From NCBI GenBank assembly GCA_016194865.1, contig JACQAT010000005.1, forward strand, positions 12,358-76,357: a DNA stretch of 64,000 nucleotides. The letters run 5' to 3'. The notes below the pieces were generated by a model. That model was given only the letters and a program-made list of their open reading frames with translations, had not been told where the DNA came from and ran no database searches. This DNA comes from Chloroflexota bacterium. Lineage in GTDB: Bacteria; Chloroflexota; Limnocylindria; P2-11E. The position numbers and the translations under genes were made by a program. Below, piece after piece: positions 9,602 through 20,600 of the stretch. Each line of letters begins with the position of its first letter. Position 1 is the stretch's first letter.

Positions 9602-9928
9602 GTGGAAGAGGAAAGCGAGATGGCGGTCATCTGGGCGGAGCATTGGGCCGAGACGCTCGCGCGGGTGGACGTCATCCGGAAGCTCGCCCTTGCTGTGGCC
9701 GCCGGGTCCATGGCGGACGACACGCTGTCCCCGCAGCGGGCCCAGGCCCGCTTCGAGGCCCACGCGCTGGCGGGCTCGTGCGCCATCTTCGGACGCCACG
9801 AGGGGTCGCGGATCGCGCTCGAGATCGAGGCGCGTCTCGACGAGCCCGGCCCTCTGTCGGGTGAGGACGGTGAGCGGCTCGTGACCCTGGTCGATGCGCT
9901 TCGTCACGCCCTTGACACGGAGAGCTGA
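9602..9928 (+). CDS. Hpt (histidine phosphotransfer) domain protein
   Basis: [12 protein letters not shown] matches the Hpt AH.L.GS motif; divergent from the kinase gene. Confidence 0.8.
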   Translation: MEEESEMAVIWAEHWAETLARVDVIRKLALAVAAGSMADDTLSPQRAQARFEAHALAGSCAIFGRHEGSRIALEIEARLDEPGPLSGEDGERLVTLVDALRHALDTES

Positions 9929-9972
9929 GCCCGACAATGGGTACACTTTCAGTGCGATCCGCGGAGGTGTCG

Positions 9973-10650
9973 ATGATGCAGGCGAATCTCGTCCCGATGG
10001 TGGTGGAGCAGTCCGGCCGCGGAGAGCGCGCGTACGACATCTTCTCGCGGCTCCTCAAGGACCGGATCATCTTCGTCACCGATCAGATCGAGGACGGGAT
10101 GGCGAACCTGGTCATCGCCCAGCTGCTCTTCCTCGAGTCGGAGGACCCGGAGCGCGACATCTACCTGTACATCAACTCGCCCGGAGGCGTCGTCACCGCC
10201 GGCCTCGCGATCTACGACACGATGCAGTACCTCAAGGCTCCCGTGAACACGGTCTGCATCGGCCAGGCGGCCTCGATGGCCGCGGTGCTCCTGATGGCCG
10301 GCTCCAAGGGCAAGCGCTACGCGCTCCCGAACGCGCGGATCATGATCCACCAGGGCTCCGGTGGATTCCGCGGCAACACCCCGGACGTGATCATCCAGGT
10401 GAAGGAGCTCGAGACGCTCGTCGACAAGCTCACGAAGATCATGGCGCACCACACCGGTCAGCCGCAGGAGACCATCCGCGCCGACTCCGATCGCGACCGT
10501 TTCATGTCCGCCGAAGAGGCGAAGAAGTACGGCATCATCGACGACGTGTACGTCGGCAAGGAATCGCTCATCTCGATCGCCAAGGCGGAAGGCGAGCTGC
10601 GCCCGGTGAAGGACAAGGAAAAAGACAAAGAGCCGGTCCAGGTCCGTTGA
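9973..10650 (+). CDS. clpP: ATP-dependent Clp protease proteolytic subunit
   Basis: [25 protein letters not shown] (catalytic Ser), RIMIHQ; GGAGGT RBS before ATG 9973. Confidence 0.97.
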   Translation: MMQANLVPMVVEQSGRGERAYDIFSRLLKDRIIFVTDQIEDGMANLVIAQLLFLESEDPERDIYLYINSPGGVVTAGLAIYDTMQYLKAPVNTVCIGQAASMAAVLLMAGSKGKRYALPNARIMIHQGSGGFRGNTPDVIIQVKELETLVDKLTKIMAHHTGQPQETIRADSDRDRFMSAEEAKKYGIIDDVYVGKESLISIAKAEGELRPVKDKEKDKEPVQVR

Positions 10651-10651
10651 T

Positions 10652-11926
<1,275 letters not shown>

Positions 11927-11978
11927 CGACGGCCCGGCCCGCCCGCCTATCCTGCTCGGACGAGCGGGGGAGGTGGAC

Positions 11979-13073
11979 ATGCGAAGCCTGATCGCGATCC
12001 TGTCCGCGTGCGCGATCCTCGTCATTTCCTGTGGCGGTGCGAGCACCAGCGGCGCGTCGCCCGCCGCGAGCGCCGCCGCGTCGGCCGCGGTCGCCGCGAA
12101 CAGCGGCCCGTGTGGAGCCAAAGGCTCGGGGTCGCTCACGATCCTCGGCACACCGCAGGAGGAGTACATCCAGGGCATCGCCAAGGCCTTCGAGGCCGAG
12201 TGCGGCATCAAGACGAGCTACGTCCGCCTCTCGAGCGGCGAAGCCGTGGCGAAGCTCACTGCCGACAAGGCGAACCCGCAGTTCTCGGTCTGGTGGGGTG
12301 GACCCGCGGATGGCTACATCGCCGCGAACAACACGGGTCTCATCGAGGCCTACAAGCCCAAGCTCTTCGACAAGATCCCGGCGCAATACCGCGACGCCAA
12401 TGGCGTGTGGACCGGCATCTACGTCGGCGCGCTCGGCCTTGCGGTGAATACGAAGATCCTCGCGGCGAAGAATCTCCCGGAGCCCGCGTCCTGGGCGGAT
12501 CTCGCGAAGCCGATCTACAAGGGTCAGATCTCGATGGCGCACCCCGCCTCGAGCGGCACGGCCTACACGATGGTCGCGACGCAGGCGTTCCTCAACAACA
12601 GGGACATCGAGAAGACCTTTGCCTATCTGAAGCAGTTCCACTCGAACGTGCTCCAGTACCAGAAGACCGGCGCGGCACCGGCCCGGCTCGCCGGCCAGGG
12701 CGAGGTCGCGATCGGCGTTGTGTTCTCGCATGACACCGTCGCGGCGATCGACGAGGGCTTCAAGGACCTCAAGGTCGTCTTCCCGTCGGAGGGAACCGGC
12801 TACGAGATCGGCGGCGAGGCGCTCGTGAAGAACGCCCCGGATCCCGTCGCAGGCAAGACGTTCCTCGACTGGGCGCTCGGGGTCAGGGCGCAGGAGCTCG
12901 CCGCGACGTTCAAGGCCTACCAGATCCCTACCAACCCGGACGCGAAGGTGTCGGATAAGTCCGTGAAGCTCTCGTCCGTGAAGACCGTGACCTACGACTT
13001 CCAGTGGGCCGGCGACAACAAGAAGGCCATCGTCGACCGCTTCTCCAACGAGGTGGCTCCAGCTCCGAAATGA
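11979..13073 (+). CDS. ABC transporter substrate-binding lipoprotein (AfuA/FbpA Fe3+ or sugar-phosphate family)
   Basis: Lipobox VISC, PASWADL..P.YKGQI...P.SSGT, FPSEGTG; GGAGGT RBS. Confidence 0.88.
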   Translation: MRSLIAILSACAILVISCGGASTSGASPAASAAASAAVAANSGPCGAKGSGSLTILGTPQEEYIQGIAKAFEAECGIKTSYVRLSSGEAVAKLTADKANPQFSVWWGGPADGYIAANNTGLIEAYKPKLFDKIPAQYRDANGVWTGIYVGALGLAVNTKILAAKNLPEPASWADLAKPIYKGQISMAHPASSGTAYTMVATQAFLNNRDIEKTFAYLKQFHSNVLQYQKTGAAPARLAGQGEVAIGVVFSHDTVAAIDEGFKDLKVVFPSEGTGYEIGGEALVKNAPDPVAGKTFLDWALGVRAQELAATFKAYQIPTNPDAKVSDKSVKLSSVKTVTYDFQWAGDNKKAIVDRFSNEVAPAPK

Positions 13074-14713
13074 TCGCGATCCGGCGCGATCCCGCCGCCG
13101 CGCTCCTCGCGGTCGTCGCGGCGGCGGGCATTGCGCTCGCACTCCTCTATCCCCTCGGGGCGGTCATGCGCGAAGCGGTCTTCGACGACCGAGGCGTCAC
13201 CGACATCGCTCCCATCACGAGGATCTTCTCGTTCCCGGTCCCGCGCCAGATCATCCTCAACACGCTCCTCATGGGGTCGTTGGCCGGTGCCCTCGGGACG
13301 GTACTCGGGTTCTGCTTCGCGCTCGCGACGACGCGGGCAGCACGAGGTCCGGTGCGGACGCTTCTCCACTACAGCGCGCTGCTTCCGCTGGTCGCCCCGC
13401 CGTTCGCGCTCGCGCTCTCCACGATCTTCCTGTTCGGCAGGCAGGGACTGGTGACTCGCGGCCTGTTCGGCCTCGAGGCCGACCCCTACGGTCTGTCGGG
13501 CCTGCTCTTCGTCCAGACGATCACGTTCTTCCCGGTCGCGTACCTGATCTTCGACGCCCTGATGCGCCACCTGGATCCCGCGCTCGAGGAAGCGGCACTG
13601 AATCTCGGCGCGTCGCGCGGCCGGATCATGCGGACCGTCGTCATCCCGCTGCTGCGACCGGGATTCGCGGCTTCGTTCCTGATCATCTTCGTCGAGTCGC
13701 TCGCCGATCTCGCGAACCCGCTCCTCATTGGCGGCGATTTCAACGTGCTCGCTTCGAGCGCCTACCTCGCGATCATCGGCGAGTTCGACACGCGCAAGGC
13801 CGTCGCCTTCTCGGTCGTGCTGATGTTGCCCTCGCTGATCGCCTACTTCGCCCAACGGATCTGGGTGGGCGAGAGCTCCGTCGTGACCGTCACCGGAAAG
13901 CCTTCCACCGGTCGCGCGCGCACCCTCGAGGCGCGGTTCCGGCTCGCGTTGCTCGCGCTGACGCTCGCCGTCGCGGGACTCGTGCTGCTCCTCTACCTCG
14001 CGGTGGTCGCCGGCGCGTTCACCAAGCTGCTCGGGATCGACAACACCGTCACGCTCGACAACTTTCGCAACGTCCTCGGCGGCATCGGGACGCGCGCGAT
14101 GACCGACACGACCTTCCTCTCCGCCATCGCGGCGCCCATCGCCGCCCTCTCGGGCCTCCTCGTCGCGTATCTCGTGGTCCGCACCCGCGTTCCCGGCCGT
14201 ATCGCTTTCGATTACCTCCTGATGCTCGGTGCCGCCGCGCCAGGCATCGTGCTCGGTCTAGGGATCCTGCTCGCCTTCAACCATCCTCCGCTGCTGTTCA
14301 CGGGGAGCGCTGCGATCTTCGTCATCGCCTTCGTGCTCCGTACGGCGCCGGTATCGCTGCGCAGCTGCGTGGCCGCGCTGCTGCAGATCGACCCCAGCCT
14401 CGAGCAGGCGTCGGCCAACCTCGGCGCGGGGGCTGCCACCACCTTCCGCCGCATCACCCTTCCGCTCGTGCGTCGCGCGCTGCTGTCCGGGGCGATCTTC
14501 TCGTTCACTCGCAACATGACCACGCTCTCGACGATCGCCCTGCTGGTCACGCCGAACTGGCGGATCATGACGGCGCAGATCCTCAACGAGATCGATGCGC
14601 AGCGGCTGGGCAACGGCGCCGCCTATTCGTGCATCCTCATCGCCATCGTGCTCGTCACCATCGTCGTCCTCGAGCGGCTCTTCGGCCGCGCCGCGGTCGA
14701 GGTGGGCGCGTGA
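13070..14713 (+). CDS. ABC transporter permease (AfuB/FbpB type, duplicated TM module)
   Basis: Two EAA-like motifs (LEEAALNLGAS, LEQASANLGAG); ATGA overlap with the upstream gene. Confidence 0.9.
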   Translation: MIAIRRDPAAALLAVVAAAGIALALLYPLGAVMREAVFDDRGVTDIAPITRIFSFPVPRQIILNTLLMGSLAGALGTVLGFCFALATTRAARGPVRTLLHYSALLPLVAPPFALALSTIFLFGRQGLVTRGLFGLEADPYGLSGLLFVQTITFFPVAYLIFDALMRHLDPALEEAALNLGASRGRIMRTVVIPLLRPGFAASFLIIFVESLADLANPLLIGGDFNVLASSAYLAIIGEFDTRKAVAFSVVLMLPSLIAYFAQRIWVGESSVVTVTGKPSTGRARTLEARFRLALLALTLAVAGLVLLLYLAVVAGAFTKLLGIDNTVTLDNFRNVLGGIGTRAMTDTTFLSAIAAPIAALSGLLVAYLVVRTRVPGRIAFDYLLMLGAAAPGIVLGLGILLAFNHPPLLFTGSAAIFVIAFVLRTAPVSLRSCVAALLQIDPSLEQASANLGAGAATTFRRITLPLVRRALLSGAIFSFTRNMTTLSTIALLVTPNWRIMTAQILNEIDAQRLGNGAAYSCILIAIVLVTIVVLERLFGRAAVEVGA

Positions 14714-15780
14714 CCGGGTTCCTCGCGCTCCGCGGTCTGGAGAAGCGCTTTCCCAACGGCACATTCGCGGTCGCCGGCGTCGACCTTGACGTCGCCGAAG
14801 GAGAGCTCGTAGCGCTGCTCGGGCCGAGCGGCTGCGGGAAGACGACGACGCTCCGCTGCATCGCGGGCTTCGAGGATCCGACCGCGGGCACGATCGAGCT
14901 CGCCGGCCGGCGCATCGACACGCTGCCACCGAATCGGCGAGCGGCGACGATGGTGTTCCAGGGCTATGCGCTCTTCCCGCATCTCTCCGTGTGGGAGAAC
15001 GTCGCATACGGCCTCCGCGTGCGCCGAGTCGATGCGGGCTCGTTGCGCGACCGGGTCGCTGCCGCACTCGCGTTGGTCGGGCTCGCGGGACTCGGCGATC
15101 GCCGTCCGGAGCAGCTCTCTGGCGGACAGCAGCAGCGCGTCGCGCTGGCGCGGGCGCTCGTGCTCGAGCCACGGCTCCTGCTGTTCGACGAACCGCTTTC
15201 CAACCTCGACGCGAAGCTCCGCGAGCAGATGCGGCTCGAGATCCGCGCCCTGCAGCAGCGCGCCGGCATCACCAGCGTCTACGTCACCCACGATCAGGCG
15301 GAGGCGATGACGCTCTCCGACCGCATCGCGGTGATGAGCGAGGGGCGCATCGTGCAGCTCGGCACGCCGCGGCAGATCTACGACGAGCCCGCGACGCGCT
15401 TCGTCGCCGACTTCATCGGTCACGCGAACTTCGTGAGCGGGATCGTGCGCGGCATTCTTGGGCCGGGATCACTTGATGTCGAAGTGCTTGGTCGCGTGCG
15501 CCTGGTGTCCGCGGCGGCGGCGACGTATCGCGAAGGTGACGCGGTCGTGGTCCTGATCCGGCCGGAGGAGGTGCGCCTCGTCACAGATGACCGCGACGCG
15601 GTACCCGCGACCGTGCTGCGCGTCGGGTTCCTCGGGAGCAGCGCGATCTATCAGCTTCAGCTCGCCGGCGACGAGGTGCTCGCGACGGTGCCCATGGAGC
15701 GTGGAGTCTCCCTCCACTCACAGGGCTCGCGGGTCGGCGTGCTCGTGAGCGACGCCGCGCTCCGCGCTTTCGCCGGCTGA
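14710..15780 (+). CDS. ABC transporter ATP-binding protein (PotA/FbpC type)
   Basis: GPSGCGKT, LSGGQQQR, DEPLSNLD, VTHDQ; GTGA overlap start. Confidence 0.93.
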   Translation: MTGFLALRGLEKRFPNGTFAVAGVDLDVAEGELVALLGPSGCGKTTTLRCIAGFEDPTAGTIELAGRRIDTLPPNRRAATMVFQGYALFPHLSVWENVAYGLRVRRVDAGSLRDRVAAALALVGLAGLGDRRPEQLSGGQQQRVALARALVLEPRLLLFDEPLSNLDAKLREQMRLEIRALQQRAGITSVYVTHDQAEAMTLSDRIAVMSEGRIVQLGTPRQIYDEPATRFVADFIGHANFVSGIVRGILGPGSLDVEVLGRVRLVSAAAATYREGDAVVVLIRPEEVRLVTDDRDAVPATVLRVGFLGSSAIYQLQLAGDEVLATVPMERGVSLHSQGSRVGVLVSDAALRAFAG

Positions 15781-15815
15781 ACACGTTCGGCATGCGGTGT
15801 GCTGCGATCGAACGG

Positions 15816-16163
15816 ATGAAGATCCTGGTCCTCGAGGACGAGCCCGACCTCCTCGACCTGTACGAGCAGAGCCTCTCGCTCGCCGGTCATGAGGTCCTTC
15901 GCGCACGACACGGCCTCGAGGGGATCGCGCTGCTCGACCAGCGGCCCGAGCTCATCCTTGTCGACCTGATGATGCCGGTGATGGACGGCTACCAGTTCAT
16001 CAGGCACCTGCGCAGATCCCCACAGAAGGACACGCCGGCCATCGTCCTCTCCGCGGTCGCCACGGGCGCGTGGAGCAAGCATGTCGGCGCGAACGGGTAC
16101 ATCCCCAAGCCATTCGACTACGACGCGCTGATCGCGACGATCGACCGCTTCCGCGCTGCCTAG
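15816..16163 (+). CDS. Single-domain response regulator
   Basis: MKILVLEDE, DLMMPVMDG, SA, KPF. Confidence 0.9.
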   Translation: MKILVLEDEPDLLDLYEQSLSLAGHEVLRARHGLEGIALLDQRPELILVDLMMPVMDGYQFIRHLRRSPQKDTPAIVLSAVATGAWSKHVGANGYIPKPFDYDALIATIDRFRAA

Positions 16164-16255
16164 CGGCGTCGGCCCCTACGACGTAGCCGCAGGCGAAGAC
16201 GCAGGACGGTCACGGCACCGCGTTTGCGGTGCCGTGACCACCTACCATCGCGCTC

Positions 16256-16597
16256 GTGCCTCGCCTGTACTTCGCGAGCCCCCGCGACCTCCCGCTCGCG
16301 CGGGCGATCCCCGGGGTCACGCGCCACGTCCTGCAGACGGAGCGGACGACCGTCGCGATCACCGACTACGAGCCGAAGACCGTCATCGAGACGCACAAGC
16401 ACGACGCCGAGCAGACCGGCGTCGTCGTCAAGGGCAGCGTGGTGTTCGTGATCGCCGGAGAGCAGCGGATCCTCACGCCCGGGGACACCTATCGGGTGCC
16501 ATCCGGCGCGTCGCACGGCGCGCGCATCCTCGAAGCGGCCGCTCGCGTGATCGAGGTCTGGTCGCCTCCGCGCGAGGACCTGCCGAAGGCGACATAA
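16256..16597 (+). CDS. Cupin domain protein
   Basis: HKHDAEQ..V..G and PGD...VP....HG cupin motifs. Confidence 0.85.
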   Translation: MPRLYFASPRDLPLARAIPGVTRHVLQTERTTVAITDYEPKTVIETHKHDAEQTGVVVKGSVVFVIAGEQRILTPGDTYRVPSGASHGARILEAAARVIEVWSPPREDLPKAT

Positions 16598-16608
16598 TCC
16601 GAGCGTCC

Positions 16609-16827
16609 GTGCTGGTGATGTATTCCCTCGCCACGTGCCCCGTCTGCGTGAACGCGCGCCGCGAGCTCGCGGAGGCGGGGACCGCGTACGAGGATCGCGT
16701 GCTCGACGGCCGACCGGACCATCAAGCCGAGGTGCTGCGGCTCACCGGCCAGCGCACGGTACCGGTGTTCGTGCGGGACGGCAGGGTGACGATCGGGCTG
16801 CACGGCGAGAAGGGGTGAAGCTTCTGA
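16609..16827 (+). CDS. Glutaredoxin-like protein, probable UXX* selenoprotein
   Basis: CPVC and QRTVPVF glutaredoxin motifs. Ends GEKG-TGA-AGC-TTC-TGA (G-U-S-F-stop); ends at 16818 if the first TGA is a true stop. Confidence 0.75.
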
Positions 16828-16837
16828 GGTTCGCGCC

Positions 16838-17614
16838 GTGAGCGAGAAGAGCATCGTCCAGCTGTTCGATCTGTCGGACAAGGTCGCGATCGTGACGGGT
16901 GCGGGCGCGGGCATCGGACTCGGCATCGCGCGTCGCCTCGCGGAGGCGGGCGCCGCGGTCGTGATCAACGACGTTGACCTCGCGCGCGCGAAGTCCTCAT
17001 GCGCCCGCCTGCGCGGTCGCGGCTACTCGGCGCTCGAGCCGATCGCCGCCGACGTCGCGTCCGCGCACGGTGCGACGTCCCTCGTGGATGGCGCCGTCGC
17101 GCGCTTCGGCCGCGTCGACATCCTGGTGAACAACGCGGGCATCTACCCGACCTCGCCGTTCCTCGACACGAGCGTGGAGCTCTGGGACAGCGTCCTCGAC
17201 ACGAATCTGCGCGGGCCGTTCCTGTGCGCGCAGGCGGTCGCCAGGCAATTCGAGAAGCAGGGCCGCGGCGACGCGATCCTGAACATCACGAGCGTCGTCG
17301 GTCTCGTCGGCGCTGGTCCGTCCGCGGCCGCCTACAGCGCCTCGAAGGGCGGTCTCGTCGCCCTGACGAAGACGCTGGCCCGCGCGGTCGGCGCGTACGG
17401 CGCGCGGGCGAACGCGATCGCGCCGGCCGGCATCGAGACGGAGGGGACGAGCGGGATGTGGGACGTCGGCTTCGCGGAGCGCCGTCCGGTGCGGCGCTTC
17501 GGCACCCCGGACGACGTCGCCCTGACGGCGCTGTTCCTCGTGGCCCCCGCCTCCGACTACATCACCGGTGAGGTGGTGGTCGTCGACGGCGGCTACCTGT
17601 TGATGCAGGCCTGA
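16838..17614 (+). CDS. SDR family oxidoreductase
   Basis: TGAGAGIG, NNAGI, YSASKGG, VDGG. Confidence 0.93.
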   Translation: MSEKSIVQLFDLSDKVAIVTGAGAGIGLGIARRLAEAGAAVVINDVDLARAKSSCARLRGRGYSALEPIAADVASAHGATSLVDGAVARFGRVDILVNNAGIYPTSPFLDTSVELWDSVLDTNLRGPFLCAQAVARQFEKQGRGDAILNITSVVGLVGAGPSAAAYSASKGGLVALTKTLARAVGAYGARANAIAPAGIETEGTSGMWDVGFAERRPVRRFGTPDDVALTALFLVAPASDYITGEVVVVDGGYLLMQA

Positions 17615-17652
17615 CACTCGCTACGGAGGGCGTCGCGTACCGTTAGGCCGGG

Positions 17653-20600
17653 ATGAGCGGCTCCCGCTCCGAGACGAGCCTCCTGCGCGACCCGATGCTG
17701 CTCGCGCGGATCGTGGGCGCCCTCGGCGGCGTCCTCTGGGTCGCGCTCGTCTGGCAGGTCGTCCTCCCGCTCGCCGCCCTCGGTCTCCTGCTACTGGTCG
17801 CCAGCTCCGTCTTCTGGGCGTCGTGGCGCGTCCGCCAGGGCCGCGATGCCGGCTTCCGTGGGATGCCGCTCCCCGTGGTCGCGGCGGACATGGCCGCCGC
17901 CGCGGTGTGGATGGCTGCCACCGCCAACGACCCCAACGGCTCGATCTCGTTCGGGCTCGTGCTCGCCGCCGGCACGGAAGCGATCTTCCGTCTCGGTCGC
18001 AGGGGCCTGCCACTCATCGCGATCACCTACGCGCTCGGCCGCATCGGGTCGGAGGTCGTGCGCGCCGCGTACGAGATGCCGTTCGACCTGGGCCGCGACC
18101 TGCGCGAAGCGTTCGTCGTCGCGCTCATCCTCATCATCGTCGGCGTCGTCGCGTCAACGTTCCGCAACGAGGAGCGGCGCTCGCTCCGCGCCCTCGAGCG
18201 CGCGCAGAGCCTCGAGCGCGTGGCGGCCGAGATCGGCACGCAGGTCGACCCCGAAGCCGTGCTGCTGTCGATCCCGCGCACGGTGCGCGGTGTGGTCGAC
18301 GTCGATCATGCCGCGCTCATCGTCCACCGTGGGCACGAGTACGAGATCGTCGCGGGCGCGGGGACGGCCGAGGCGGTGGTCGGCGTGCGCGCGGGCGGCG
18401 ATCAGGGCATCGTCGGCGACGTCGTACGCGAGCGTCGCAGCGTGCTGCTCGCCGACTATCAGGCGCATCCGACGGCCGTCCGCAGGGTGAAGGGCGTCGG
18501 TCTGCGCGCCGTCCTCGCGGTACCCATCTTCGTACAGCGCGAGATCGCCGCGGTCCTGATGGTCGGCCGGCTCGCGGCAGACCGACCGTTCGATGACGAG
18601 GACCGCGTCGCGCTCGAGGGTTTCGCATCGCACGCCGCCATCGCGCTCACGAACGCCCGCGCGATCTACCAGGCCCGCCGCCTCGAGGTGGTGGGCCGAA
18701 TGGTCGCGAGCGAGGGCAGCCCCGAAGAGGTCGTCGTCCGCCTCGCCGAGCACGCGGCGAGCGCCTTCAATGCCGAGTTCGTTCAGATCTCGGAGGTGCG
18801 CGGCGACCGCATCCGCGTGCTCGCCGCCATCGGCGCGGCGGCGCCGCTGGCCGATTCGCCGGAGCGGCCGATCGGCGTGCTGGCCCAACGGACCGTCTCC
18901 GCGCGCTCCCTCGTGGTCACCGACGACTACCTCACCGAGTACGGTGCCGGCATGACCGGGCTGCCGAAGCAGATCGGGCTGCACGCGGCCATGTCGGCTC
19001 CGGCGCTGATCGACGGCCGGGTCGCGGCGGTGTTCATCGTGGGAACGACCGATCCGGACCGCGCGTTCGATCTCATCGATCGTCAGGGGATGATCGCGTT
19101 CGGCGAGTCGACGGGCGCCGCCCTGCGCGCCGCGGCGCAGCGGCGCGAGCGAGAGCGCCGCATCCAGCGGCTGACGGCGCTGAACGGGCTCGCGGGCGAG
19201 CTGTCGCTGGTGCGCGACCCGCTCCGCATCGCGCGACTGGCCTGGGAGACCGCCGGCCAGCTGGTGCCCCGCGACGCCTTCTACGTCGCGCGCTACGACG
19301 ACCGCACAAAGGATTTCCATTTCATCCTCCAGGAGGACAGCGGCAACGTCGAGGTGGAGGATCGTGCCGGCGATTCCTGGTCGGACGAGCTGCGCGTTCC
19401 GCTCGGGACCGGCCCGACGAGCCAGGTCGTGCTGACCGGCGAGCCCTACGTGACGCGCCGGCAGGACGATCCGGTCCAGCACGGCGCGCGCCGGTATGGA
19501 TCGCCGCGGAAGAGCGCGTCGGCGATGCACGTGCCCCTGCGCATCGCCGGCCGGACCGTGGGCGTGCTGTCGTCGCAGTCGTACACGCCGAACGCGTTCG
19601 ACGACGAGGACGTCGCCGTGCTGCAGTCCCTCGCCAACCTCGTGGCCGCCGCGTTCGAGACGTCGGAGCATCTCGCGCGCATGCGCGAGCTGTACCTCGC
19701 GTCCGTGAAGGCGCTCGCGGCCGCGGTCGACGCGCGCGATCCGTACACACGGAGCCACTCGGCCCGGGTCGCGGCCCTCTCGCGGATCATCGCGGAGGAG
19801 ATGCAGCTGCCGTCGGACGAGATCCGGCGCGTCCAGCTCGGCGCGCTGCTGCACGACATCGGCAAGATCGGCATCCCCGACGCGATCCTCAACAAGCCCG
19901 CGGCGCTGACCGACGAGGAGTGGGTGATCATGAAGACCCATTCCTCGCTCGGCGCGTCGATCCTCGCCGCGGTCGAGCCGCTGCGCGATCTCGTCCCCAT
20001 CGTGAAGTGTCATCACGAGCGGAACGACGGCGGCGGCTACCCGGACGGTCTCCGGGGTGAGCAGGTGCCGCTCTCGGCGTACATCGTGTCGGCTGCCGAT
20101 GCCTTCGAGGTCATCGTCTCCCGCCGCGCGTACAAGGCCGCGCAGACGATCGAGTACGCGGTGTCGGAGCTGTTGCGCTGCCGTGGCACGCAGTTCAGCC
20201 CCGTCGTCGTCGACGCGTTCCTCCGCGTCATCGAGCGCGACCGGGTCGAGGGCACGGTCAGGCTCGCCCGCGTCGGCTCGATCGAGCACGAGGACATCGA
20301 GGATGTGCCCGGTCCCGGCGAGGTCCTCGAGCGCTACGCCGCGCGCTCGCAGACGCGCACGCGGCAGCTGGCCATCCTGCAGCGGCTCGCGAGCGAGATC
20401 AGCGCGGTGCTCGACCTCGACGAGCTCGGCGGGCGCCTGCTCAAGATCGTCTGCGAGGCGAACGGCTACGAGAACGGCTTCCTCACGACGCTCGCCGAGA
20501 ACGGCGAGCACCTCGTCGTGGTCGCGGCGAACGGACCATCCATCGACTACGTCGGGCAGACGCTCGCGCGCGGCCAGGGGATCAGCTGGTGGGTGCTCGA

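Noticed and set aside
16164-16240. Intergenic segment after the response regulator as a riboswitch or repeat
   Set aside because: No convincing stem pattern and no match to the other repeats in the window.
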